Source of the DNA: Squalus acanthias | Taxonomy: Eukaryota | NCBI GenBank assembly: GCA_030390025.1 | Contig: CM059437.1 | Location: forward strand, 76,260,001 to 76,324,000 | Length of the DNA: 64,000 bases | Reading direction: 5' to 3' | Shown: piece by piece, positions 33,804 to 46,369 of the stretch | Layout of the letters: every line of letters begins with the position of its first letter | Position numbering within the stretch: the stretch's first letter is position 1 | Notes under the pieces: model-generated | What the model was told of the DNA's origin: nothing | The model's database searches: none | The model's input: the letters and a program-made list of their open reading frames with translations, nothing else | Position numbers and translations under genes: made by a program

Positions 33804-36800
33804 TCAGCAGCTATCGTGTACATGCCCGATCTTCCATTTGTACAGGCTTAGGAGCAGGACCCCCAAAAAGCAAGCTAGCAGTGGAGTAGCCAAAAGCATT
33901 ACTCTTGATTCTCTGTTTAAAAAAAAAGGTTGTCAGTCAAGAATTGCTCAATCAAATGTATCTACCATAAGTTGTCAGTCAAGAATTGCTCAATCAAATG
34001 TATCTACCATAAGAAATCTCAGTAATATACATGGGAACATTGAAGTCAGTGTTGGGGGTAGAGTGGTAAAGAATTACCTAAATTAACAGCTAGCAATCAA
34101 TTACTATATGCTGTGAACAAGGTTATTTTAGGCCAAGAATCTATATAGGATCCAACACAATAAGAATTTAAAAATTCTACAAGTACAATTGAAGCAGTTG
34201 TCAATTTAATCTGATCAAATAGGCTTCTGCTACATTAGTCAGATTTTAGCCAATGGTCTGGATACTTCCACTGTTGTTAGGAGTAATTAATGTCAACAAA
34301 TTGGATAAGTCCCATTAGTTGAGAGTAAGAAATGGCTTGTCCCTGACTGGATGTTTTATAGCCCTTCAAGGCAGGCATTAGCCATGTTAGGAACAATCTT
34401 TTACAGTATCCTCATTTGAAGTACATTGCCAATTTACCTCTTTGAATCGTGGCTGAAGTTCTGGATCCAGACTGGGCACTGTGCACTCTCAATGGACCAA
34501 CTTTAATTATGTGACTAATACCAGTTTTTGATTCTAAAAAAGGAATTTAAAAAGTTAGCACACAAGTTCTAGAATACTGTACATTCAGCTATTTAGTTAA
34601 TGGAATAGTACCTTGGGCTCGTTTATGGCGAGATTGGATAGGCTGGCAGATTGAGTTACAGCAGTCACACAGGGAACTTTGTAATGGGGCATCCAAGAGC
34701 TGCCAACTAAACAGAATTATACAAGTAACAAACATTCTACTAGAGGGGATTTATATAAATCTAAGAAATGGGACCTCCATTGATTAGAAGTACTAGGAAA
34801 TGTCTTCCTATGATTCTTCTAGACAATAAGCATGTCTGGAAGTTCAGTAGTTTTTGTTCATGCTCTTAATCAGCTCTACATTTGTTTCACCATCTAAGAA
34901 TGCATGTAGATTATTCATATTACCAAGTGAATATTCTCTATTCAACTTAAGGTGGTGCAATAATTTCAGGCTTGCCAGGCACTCATTGGGTGGGGGGGGG
35001 GGTTTAAGAAAGAGGGATAAAATAAGCCTAGTTAAATTCAATAAGTTTTACTCCAGCTATTGTTCTAGAAAGGCACCCAAGACACCACATTAAATTTTAA
35101 AGTGATCTTTTCTTCATCTGCCCATTCATCTACAGGGCCCACTAATCATGCAAGCTTTAATGCTGGCCAAAAAAGCCTACTCAAAAACAAAGGCACAAAA
35201 CATCAAAAAAGGCACAAAACATCTAAGGACACTTTTGCTACTCACCTTTCAGTTTGCTGGTCAAAAGAACATGCTTTGTGTAAAAGACTTGCATCCCAAT
35301 TAGGGTCCCATACCAAAGCTTTACAGTGTATATAAATCTGTAGAAAGTGAATATTGTGCATCATTAAGTGCAGTCTATGTCAATACACATCTCTTGCATA
35401 ATGTACAGTATGGTTCCAAGTAAAACTCATCTTCAAAGCTGATATCTATGACCTAGTTGTTTTGACTTGGCTTATTAGGGTCAGTTTATGGCTGACTTGA
35501 AGGATCCTATCTGGCATTTTATTCTAAAATCTAAATTGCAAGGAATGACTACAAATGCCACTTTAAAAATCCAGATAATTTGCTCAATTTCAGTGGGGTG
35601 ATTTAACAGTTGTCAAATCTAGCTTAATCTCAAGGTAGATGGCAATTGTGCCTTTTGGTACAATAGTATTAAGAACAAGCCCACAGAATGGCTGCCAACA
35701 AGTCAGTCCATTTGAACTAGCAAAAGTTGAAGCTACATTGGAAGTGATAAGGCACCAAAAATCTTTGCAAACAACTGTATGGAGTTATGTTACAGATCAG
35801 CTATGCCCTTATTGAAGTGGAACAGGCTTGAGGGACTAAATAGCCTACTCCAGTTTCTAATCCAGTTAGTAGTAAAGCAAGTGGCAGAAGTATCTTAAAA
35901 TGGACAGTACCTTTAATTGTGACAGTTTTAATAGTGAACTAAGCTGATCAACTATGCTCAAAGGACTTCAATGAGAATTGCATGTATTTTGAGAATTGCA
36001 TGTATGAGTTTCACATTTATGGTGCATAGAGGACAGCAACTCAGCATTAGATTAAAAACTTGCTTAGTGTATCTTTAATCATGCATCAAGTTTTCCAAAC
36101 TTACATCAGTTTCCTCCAGACCAATGAATTTAAATGCCTGCACAACAAACTGAAGGTGTGACCCATCACTTCTGGGCAAGTACTTGGAATTTCCAGTTTG
36201 CCCATCAACAAGACATCTATAGGAACAGGAAAAAAAAGTTTAACCCACAACCAAGTTACTAATTTGGTAAATATCACTATCCTGTCAGCCTCATACCCAT
36301 AGTTGTTTACGATGGTATAATTCTCTGGAGATTTGTCCAGTGAGCTTGTCGGGGTGGCGATACATTCTTCCATATAGAGGCGGAGGTCCTGGTGATATGT
36401 GGCAATGACAGAGGCTTCTAGGTTAATGGAAGCGCCCAGGAAGAATACAGAATCTGGCCTTTCAGCAGTCCAATCATCTGCAGCAGGAAGTTGCATACAT
36501 TATTCCAACAGTCCACAATTGTCTATAGTCAAGTATGAATGCTCACCCTTTTGTTTTAGCAACAAAACCATCAACATCTAGACTAAGCAAGAGGGGTCTG
36601 GCTAGGAGAAAGCAGTTACCATAGTGTACTTGAACTACATAAACCACTTCCTTGGAGATCAAATCAGCCTATACTGCAGGGATGCAGGTCTTTCCACTAG
36701 TGGGGAATGAAGTCAGTGAACCTGCAAGGAGTTTAAAAATCAACACATCTATTCATAATTCAGATGTCATCAGGGGCTACTAATGCAGCATGAATTGGGA

Positions 36801-38863
36801 TCAATGCTGTGGAAGAGATGCAAGTACTGTGTTGTCATAACCACCACACCACTGCAAAGTGATTGCTGACTTGCAACACAAGTGTCAGCACCATTGGGTC
36901 CAAACCAGACTAGAGCAGAGCAATTTGAAATTCCTTCAGGAAGGAACCATCACACAGCTTGGGCTCATTGCCACATGGGGTACTTCAAGGTGATGCACGA
37001 TTTGCTCATTGAGATCCCCTCGATAGTCAAAAAGATTTCAAAATATACCCCCATGCAGCTTTTTCAGTAGGAAGAATATAGGTGTGCAGCCATGAGTAGC
37101 TCACAGTACAACTAGTGCTGCCAATTGCACACAACTTCTTGCAACTACTGGTAGGGTAATTTAACTATAGCCTGGCAATTAGGGTCATCAACTCTGGTTG
37201 GCTGTATTCCTGGATGCATCACCACACGAGCTCCTGTCTCCACTATTGGTCACCCAACATCTCCAAACTCAGTGCTCCAGCCCCACATCAGTTGCAAAGC
37301 AACTAGACCATTATCTGATTGGATGATTCTTGACTGTCAAACAGCACCAATATTTTTAGAACTAGTAAACAAAATGGTCAATGATTTTAAAAACATTTAA
37401 CACCTCTAGGATTTTTCCATGCAGCAGTGTCCTGAGATTCATCATTAATTCCTGGAGACTCCAGAGCAATCTTGAGGGTTGGTAACCCACGAGATAAAAT
37501 TCAATTTGGAATTAGACACCAGTTTGGTTACTATGTGCAGTACCTCACTGTTCATCCATCATAGCATTGGTGTTTAAAGATTAAGCCATCATCCAACTTT
37601 AGAAAGCAAGACATTGATATTATACACAAGACCAACTTCCTGTGTACTCAAGGCAAGGGGTGGGAGAAAAGTAGTTCTCACTACATTTACCATGCACAGG
37701 CAGGAAACTCACTCCACAGCAGGTCTTCTACCTCCCCTAACACCACAAAACACACCACTCGTTATAGGAAAGTATCTCACCAGTCATTATTTTCATGGAA
37801 AAGACCAAGCTGCCATCTCCAGCCAGAAACCCAGTTACCGGAAATGCTGTTGAGGGTACAGGTACTTCATCCCTAGAGAAAGAACAGGGACATTAACTGA
37901 TGTGGCCAGCACTCAGGCTGAATTTGGACACAGAGCAAGAGGTGGCTATTTTAACTTGACTTTCAGCCAATGTGGGGTCAGGAGAAGCCAACAGCCACAA
38001 AGCAACTGGCCAAATACAGCAATTAAATGGACTCAAGTTTCTGGACATTTTGTCTCATTACAATAGCAGAATACTGCAGATGCTGGAAATCTGAAATAAA
38101 ACAAGAGATGCAGGAAACAAACACTCATTGACCTGAAACGTTAAATGTTTCTCTCTCCATTGATGCTGCCGGACCTGAGTATTTCCAGCATTTTCCAGAC
38201 GAGAGTGGGGTTAAAAACCAGCCAATAATATACACAAACTATGGAACCTACGAGGAGGCCACAGAGCAAGTTAGTAGTGACATTAAGGTTTACTGTGCTG
38301 AGTGAGATATCCCCAGGCTGGGGTTGGATCTTACACTGGATAGCGACATTCCAGGCGAGTGCTGAGCTGCTCCATCCCAGAGGCTGGGCTGGCTTCATAC
38401 TTCAGGTAGTTCCAGTAAACCATCTCCTTATCGGTCACCTGAGAGGGGTAACAAAAAGGGAGGGTCAGAACTCCAGCCTGGAGTTAGGACAACAGCCCGA
38501 GCGGGCGGTGGAGCCTCTCACACCCACCAGTCGGCCAGCCCGGCAATCCTGTAGTTCATACTGGAAGGAGGACGACTCGGGGGGAGCTGAAGCCTGAAGC
38601 AGGGCAGTTTCCCAGCCGGAAAGCCGAGGCCTCAACGCCAGCGAAGAAATCCATCGATACAAACACAGTCAGGGTAGAGTTGCCGCAGGAGTGAGTGATG
38701 CCATGTTGAAGAACTGAAATAGAAAGAAAGTTAGAGCTGGAGAGGAGAGAAATGCATCAATTCAGAACTACCGACCGTAAAAAAAAATACAAATAAAACC
38801 TGTTTGTTGCTCGCCCGCCACAACAACCACCAAGAACAGCACTAAACTCCCGAGACAAATCAT
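33804..38863 (-). pseudogene. ZP3: ZP3-like copy 2, frameshifted in exon 2
   Basis: GACGACTC (38571-38578) replaces AGGACTC (+1 nt), giving ...SPRVVLLPV* with TGA at 38556-38558; it also carries the last-exon 1-nt deletion. The other exons are collinear with copy 1. Confidence 0.8.
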
Positions 38864-40178
38864 TTTAGAGCAGGCTGGGCTACTGACTGCAGGAAAGGGG
38901 GGTCGAGAGCTGTTTTATAACGAGTCCCATTAACACTCTGACACCTGCTCATTCAAGGTCATTTAAATTCCTGAGCCAAACCATCACTCGGACACTTGAT
39001 CCAATTTACAGGCCCATTAAAAATCTGGAGAATGTGTGGTGATCACTCAGGAAAGCAACAAGGATTTAGCAACAGCGAGGGAAGGAGAAACACGTGGCGA
39101 TTCACCGTCAGTTTTTTTTCACTCAGCAAGGCTGAGGGGTTTATTCATTACCATGGGCTAGAAATTCGGTGCATTTGCACCTCTCGGGGCACAAACGACT
39201 TTTCGCCCGGGTGCGGCGCTGCTAACGACTCCCGCTAAATTCAGCGGGAGTTTAGTGGTGGCGGTAACCGGTAGCGCCCCACTCCGTTGCGCAGGCGATG
39301 AGGACGTCATCAACGTGCGCAGAGCCCCGTTTTCGCCCCGCCTGCAAAATTGGCCGTGCCCCCTGAATCTGCGCCGGGCGATGACAGCGACCGATTCAGG
39401 GGGCGGGAACGGAGCGGCAGGAGGCTCGCGGGTCGGTAAGTAAAGGGGAGGTGGTGGGTGGTGGGAAAAAAATCATCCGACTTACTTGTCGCGGCCCGTT
39501 GCCTCTTTGAACGCGGAGTCCATGCCACGATCTGGCAGCCTCTGATGCTGGCACGGCACCCCGCTCCCCGGTGGTCCAGGTAGGGCCCTGCAGAGTTGTG
39601 GGCTTGGGCCCTCCCCTTTAATGAGGGGAGGAGCCCTTCCATGCGGCAGCGCTACGTGGCCCAGTGCATAATGCTGCAGAACGCACCGCCCCGATATTCA
39701 GCGTTAGCGCTCTAAGAAGGAAGTGGAGCTCTTAAATTAGCGCTCCACCTCCCTCTTGGGGTGCTAAAACTGAAGTTACCGGTCGCTAATGAATTTTTCC
39801 CCCCGTGTGTATTATCAGGGCTGGCGTTAGGGAAAATGGCTTGGGTGAACTTGTATTTTGGCGCCTTTCTTTGAGATTAAGTATGTAGTAGTATTAGCAA
39901 AAGTTTCAGAAATAAAGCTGTAATCTCAAAAGTTTTTTTATAATTTAAATGATATAAAGCATAAAAAATAACATTATAGCTAAGTGACAATAAAACTAAA
40001 CATTAAATTAAACACTAAATTAAATAATAACAAATTAAAAAAACCTTGTTCATCAAGATATTTTGAACCACATCATTCTGGACAGACAGGATGGCCAGCA
40101 AAGATAGCCTGTTGTCTCCCATGGTCGATCGCAATATGTTTTTATGAGCTTCAATTTCAAGAAGCTCCGTTCGCTGCT

Positions 40179-40500
40179 CGCCACCGATACGGGCATGGTT
40201 AACAGGATCCTGAGTGCCATCCGTCGCCACCGATACGGGCATGGTTAACAGGATCCTGAGTGCCATCCATCGCCACCGATACGGGCATGGTTAACAGGAT
40301 CCTGAGTGCCATCCGTCGCCACCGATACGGGCATGGTTAACAGGATCCTGAGTGCCATCCGTCGCCACCGATACGGGCATGGTTAACAGGATCCTGAGTG
40401 CCATCCGTCGCCACCGATACGGGCATGGTTAACAGGATCCTGAGTGCCATCCATCTCCACCAATACGGGCATGGTTAACAGGATCCTGAGTGCCATCCAT
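40179..40500. repeat. 46-bp minisatellite, 7 copies
   Basis: Same unit as 27262-27629. Confidence 0.97.
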
Positions 40501-41422
40501 GTGTGTGGGAACTTGCTCTTGGAACTTGAAGTTTGCTCTTCTTGTGCAGCACTACAGTCTGTTGGAAGCAGACTTTGGAGATTGCCAAGTTCTTGTCAGA
40601 GAGCGACGTCGTTAATGTCAAACCCTCTTGACCACGTTGCCACCCCTGACCATGGTGCCCTGGGCGGGTGCCCACCTGTAAGGCCGGCCCTATATACTGT
40701 GACAAAAGCAGCCCATAACTATTCAACCTGGAATTTACAGAAACTTGCAGTACAATAATTGCCACAATTCTGTGCCCCAGTGTGTGCCCTGTATTGAGGC
40801 CTCAGCTTTACACACTATTAATGACATCCATTAAAGAATAGAGAGTTGTATATCAAAGTTAGGAGGGACAGCAAGTTACATAGATGGAGCAGGAAGTTAA
40901 AAGGTCATACACAGATTAAGTGACCAGGCAAAACTCTGGCTAATGGAGTTCAGTGTGGAAAGGTGGGAGGTCATCCACTTTAGATCCAAGAAAGACAAAT
41001 CACAAGTATTTTCTTTATAATGAGAAATTAGGAACTCTGCAGGAGCAAAGATTTGGGTGTTTATGTAAACAATCACTAAAAGCTAATGGACAGGTACAAA
41101 AAGTAATCAGAAAGGCTACTGGAATATTGACCTGTATCTCAAGGGGGCTGAAATACAAAGGGGAAGAGGTTATTCTGTTGTCAAAGAAGCTTGGGCAAAG
41201 CCCATCTAGAGTACTGCATTCTGTTCTGGGTACCACACTTCAGGCAGGATAGATTGACTGCTGAGGGGGGTACAGTGCCAATTTACCAGAATGATACCAA
41301 GGTTTAAATAACAGGTTTCACAAACATAGCTTGCATTCCCTTTAAAAAAGATTGAGGGGTGATCTAATTGAGGTGTTTCAAATGACAAAAGGATTTGTTA
41401 GGGTAGATAGAGAAACTTCTAA

Positions 41423-41845
41423 TGGGCAACACGGTGGCATAGTGGTTAGCACTGGTGCCTCACAGCGCCAGAGACCCGGGTTCGAATCTGACCTCGGGTG
41501 ACTGTCTGTGTGGAGTTTGCACATTCTCCCCGTGTCTGCGTGGGTTTCCTCCGGGTGCTCCGGTTTCCTCCCACAGTCCAAAAATGTGTGGGTTAGGTTG
41601 ATTTGGCTATGATAAATTGACCCTTAGTGTTAGGGGGGATTAAATATGTGGGGTTATGGGGATAGGATGGGATATGTTAGGGGGAATTAAATACGTGGGG
41701 TTACGGGGGTAGGGTAGGATATGTGTACTGTGGGGATTAAAGCAGGGACAGGGTACTGGATTTGGATGATCAGCCATGATCGTATTGAATGGCGGAGCAG
41801 GCTCGACGGGCCGAATGGCCTACTCCTGCTCCTAGATTCTATGTT
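41423..41845 (+). mobile_element. HE1-like V-SINE, private to unit 3
   Basis: A box TGGCATAGTGG, B box GGTTCGAATC, V domain GTGTGGAGTTTGCACATTCTCCCCGTGTCTGCGTGGGTTTCCTCCGGGTGCTCCGGTTTCCTCCCAC, 3' tail homologous to the CR1 UTR at 2510-2590; absent from the other units. Confidence 0.92.
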
Positions 41846-44800
41846 TTCCTTTTTAGGGGAAATCTGGAACAAGGCTGCAGCAGGTGACATCAGCGACAGC
41901 TCCCAGTCCACCATTGTATCGGTAGGTCACCAAGGTTCTCCACACCAAGAACACTTGCATCTTTCCCAATGGACAGGTTTCCACAGGGTACCAGGTGCCA
42001 TAGACTGCACTCACATTGCCTTTTGTACACCCCATCACCATCCTGGCATCTGATTAGAAAGGGATTCCATTCCCCTCAGCCAGCTTGTTTGTGCCCACAG
42101 GCAGCCTTCATACAGTTCTGCCTAGTTTCCTCTCAGCAGTCACTGTTCATTCATCCTCTGCCAGTTCCATGGGCTTTATTCCAACCAGGCCATCAGGTTA
42201 CAGGCTGGCCACCGGGTCAGGTTACTGGGCAGCAACAACTATCCCCTTCAGACTTGACTCAAGATTGCGGTCATGAATCGAAGCACAGCTGGCCTACAAC
42301 AAAAGTCTATTTAAATGTTGCCCATTGGTCAGGGATGGGGTGTCAGCCTGGCTCAGTTGGTAATGTGCTCACCTCAGTCAAAAGGTCATGGCTTCAAGCC
42401 ACCACTTCTAGTGCAGTACTGAGTGTAATCTTATGCTAGTGAACTGAGACCCTGTCTGCCTGTTTAAGTGGTTATGAAAGATCCAATGGTACTATACAAA
42501 AGGAATGGGGGACTGTGCCTGGTCAACATTTGTCCCTTAACTAACTAACACCAACCAAATTAACTGGTCATTACTCCAATTGCTTTTTGTTGGAGTTTGG
42601 CTGCCACTTTGCTTACATAACTACACTTAAATAATTCATTGGCTGTGAAATCCAGAGAATGAAAATGCCAGTTCTTACTTACAAATTACCCTTTCTCTCC
42701 TCTTTTCTTCCCCCACCCAACTAGTGTAGGGGCAGGAGTCATAGCTGAAAGGACTGACCAGAAAGGGATGCAAGAGTAGGTTAACTTGGAAATACTGGTG
42801 ACTTTTGTTGCAACATTAGATTTGACATCTGCTTGCAGCAACTGGTTACATTTAAAGTGTGCTTTTTCTAGGAGTGTGAGCATTAAATGCTCACATTTTT
42901 CTGTTAAAATTGGGATTAATTAAAATATAACTAGTATACAATATATAGACTAACTTATCTTGTGGCAGGTATGCAGCTTCAGGTGAGGGCAGACAATGAT
43001 GGGCACCAGAACTCTGCCAATTGCAAAATGGCCAGCAGAGGGTGTCTGAGCAATGCATTTTCCTTCTGTAAGTTACCTCAATAGGTGAAGGGAAGAGAAA
43101 AGTTAGAGCCCTTTCCACACCACTCAGATGGATGAAATTGCCAATTTTGTAACAAATGTATGAAAAGGACAGAAATCAGCCCCATTAAGCCACCTCAATG
43201 TTATCACATCCATAACTATGCCGTCTCCTGGACTGGGCAAATTAAGCCCCCCTATCTGCCAACTCAGGAAAAGCAGAAATACCTTTGACAACTTAAGGGG
43301 GGAAAAAAAGGGAGTGGAGTAAAACTCCAGGAATATGCAGTGGCCCATGATCTCAAATCACAACTAACTATCAACTTACCTTCTACAAATCAAAATGTCC
43401 CTTTGTCAGGAACTAGTTAAATTCCTTTTTTAAAAAAAAAACTGTAGAGACTCCTTATCCACTAGATCTTGAGCCTGTTTGAGGCTCTAAAAAGAAATCC
43501 TTCCTGACATTTAACCTAACTTTGGCCATGGTTTTATATACATGCACACCCAGCTCAGATCATCTATCCAACAGACGGAGTCCAATCCTATCATTTTAAA
43601 GACCTCAAATCATTTGAGGAAAGTAGGTTGGGGTGGGGAGGAAAGTTACCTAAAGGCACAAAAAGGGGTGGGTGGGGCTCCTGGTTCAAAAAGGAGAACC
43701 AAGGGCAGTTTGGATTCCATTCTGGTGCTACCCTTCCCCACAAGGCTGCTTGACCCTACTCCCAATATTGCCAGATCCCAGCAATCCCCAATACGGCCAG
43801 ACTGTTCCCCTTAAGACTTCTCCCTAGACTGCCTCCACTCCCAGATCCTAGGACCCCCCCCATCTCCATCCTTTGATCTAGACTGCATTCCTACTGCTTC
43901 CAATCCCAGAACCACCCCTAATGTTCAGAGATATCCCTCCAGTGTTGCCTGATCCCAAGACCCCTTTACGAATGATTGGGAGCATCCTGAAATCCAAACC
44001 CTGCCCCTCAAAATACTGCAATACTAGAGACCACCATCCCAATGCTCCTAGAATCCAAGACCACCCCCAATGCATATAGTGTCACTGGTAATACTACTTA
44101 GCATAACACCCCAATTTTGACCTTCAACAGTGCTACAGCAGATCTGAGTGTATAGATGTTGCCCCCCAAAAAAAGTCAAAACCTACCACATGTCCTTTTT
44201 AAACAAAGTACATATTTCTGTTGCTGCCCGTGACTCGACCAATTTAGTGCAAAGGTCAACTTTATGGTGGAATTGCTCTCCTAAAAAGTACACATTTCTT
44301 CAGTTGAACATGGAGCTTTAAATTCACATTATAGGGACCCTGGAACTTTGAGAAGGTACTATTGGCATTCAGTTGAAATTAGACCATCTCACCTTTTACT
44401 CGGGGTACTGAAACTGCAGATTAGTGTTAAACCCATCATATGAAAATGTGGCACTGATGCAGTCAATTATTCTTACTAGTTGTCTGCTATATTTTGGGTT
44501 GGTGTTCAGAAGGGGCCTTCATTTTCCAAGTGGGAGAAGGCATATGCAGAAAAATTGGTATAAATTCCAGTCAAAGGCCACATCTTTCAGTGCAAAGCAT
44601 TCAGGATGGCAGCACTCACCTGAATTAATGAATCAGCTGGCTTCAACCAACCATTTTCATAAATATTTCATCGAATGAAAAAGGATTCAGGCCTCAAATA
44701 ACTGAGTGAGTTTACACTTTATGGACCAAGTGGGTAGTTTACCAACTTTGTGCTTTTACAAATGATATTCAATAGTGTGGAGAATTAGAAAGGATTGCAA

Positions 44801-46369
44801 AATCACAAGTATTGTAGTGAATTGTTGGCTGATTGCTATATATTTCAGCCAAGCAATATCAAAAATCACCTTCGTTCACCATCAAATGTCACCAAACCAG
44901 TTAATTTGTTTCTCAAACCAAGAAATCTAGAACCAGCAACTTCCACAAAATGAACCAAAATTGCTCAAATAATTTCTGCAGTTTAAGCCACCATTTTCTT
45001 CTACTTAGTCAGTACGTACAGCCAAACCGAACGTTTATAACAAGTGTAACAAAAATGCAATCTTAACCAGGGTGTCATGTTGAATATTAGATCCGTGAAG
45101 CCAGTGTCTTTCAGCTTCAGCAAGATATATTTTCACCTCTGATGGAGTAAATTGTCCATTGCTGTAATACAGGCAATCAGTGCTAGATTGCAGTGAATAT
45201 TAGAAGTCACAATGTCCTGGCTTACTCCTGAGCAATATCACAGGAAAGCCACTAGTAAATAGAAAGCATATCTTTAGTGGGCATCAAGACTTTTTTGCAT
45301 TGAGAGAGACTTGTGGCAGTGTTTCAGTGAGGAGACAAGCAAGATCGAGGCCCACATGGGGTCAGACAGGATTGTCATTACCAGAGGCTACATTCAAGTT
45401 AATTTGTAGGTAGAGAGGCTGAATGGGCTAGAGCACATTCTACTGTCACTGCATTAAGTTGACTAAAAGGAGAGGTTTACTAGACAAATTCATTGACAAA
45501 ATGGCAGCTTGCCATTCATATCTGGTGTTATACTAAAGAGATCACCTTTCATAAGATTGGAGAAGCATGTGATTTTGGCATCAGTTAGCAGGGGGTTGCC
45601 CACTATTACAGTAGCATGATAGGTGGGGAGGAGTTATGTTTAATACAGGAGCCACTTACATACAAGGGGAGCGATACCAACCCAGAGAATCTGAATCAGA
45701 CAGAAGTCTACTACACTGTCAAAAATGCAGATGAAAGACCAGCATACAAGATATGCCATAAGCTGCAGCCCCAAAACTGGTTTGCTTTTGGAAATAGATT
45801 TTAAGCAGCTAGACATTGCTGAACAATTGATTAAAAGGAACATTACAACCAAAGGTTAAAGCCAAATTACCCATTTCACATTGAAACCTCAGACAAAGCA
45901 ATGTTAACATGCAAATAGCAATCCCAATTCTCTCCTGTACATTATATCCAACTGTGCCGAGGAACCAATCCAACTTTACAAGTTGCAAAAAGTTTACAAA
46001 CTCGACCCCTAGTAATGATGTTGCAAGCTGGCAGCAACTAAAAGCATTAGTGCAATACAAGAGCAGTTAGCTGCATTCCAGATGAACATGCTCATCAAGA
46101 TCTACACAATCATTTAAATAACCAATTTGCTTGCCAAAAGGTGGTATAGCACGATTGTATTAAGGGCCCACAGTCACTACATCAAGATAACCATCATGCA
46201 GTGTTGATTTAGGAGTACTGTACAGAACAAACTCTTCCTAAAAATTCTGAGACCATGCACAAATCTGCAAAATGTAGCTTTATTTGAGTCAATTACAACT
46301 GTTAGAAGTACATTTAACATCTAGGTTGGACAGCTTGCTTCAACTTTGGTAGTCCACCACCTTCAATGA

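Noticed and set aside
41423-41495. tRNA gene (also 4215 and 7085)
   Set aside because: tRNA-derived SINE heads continuing into SINE bodies and LINE-derived tails.
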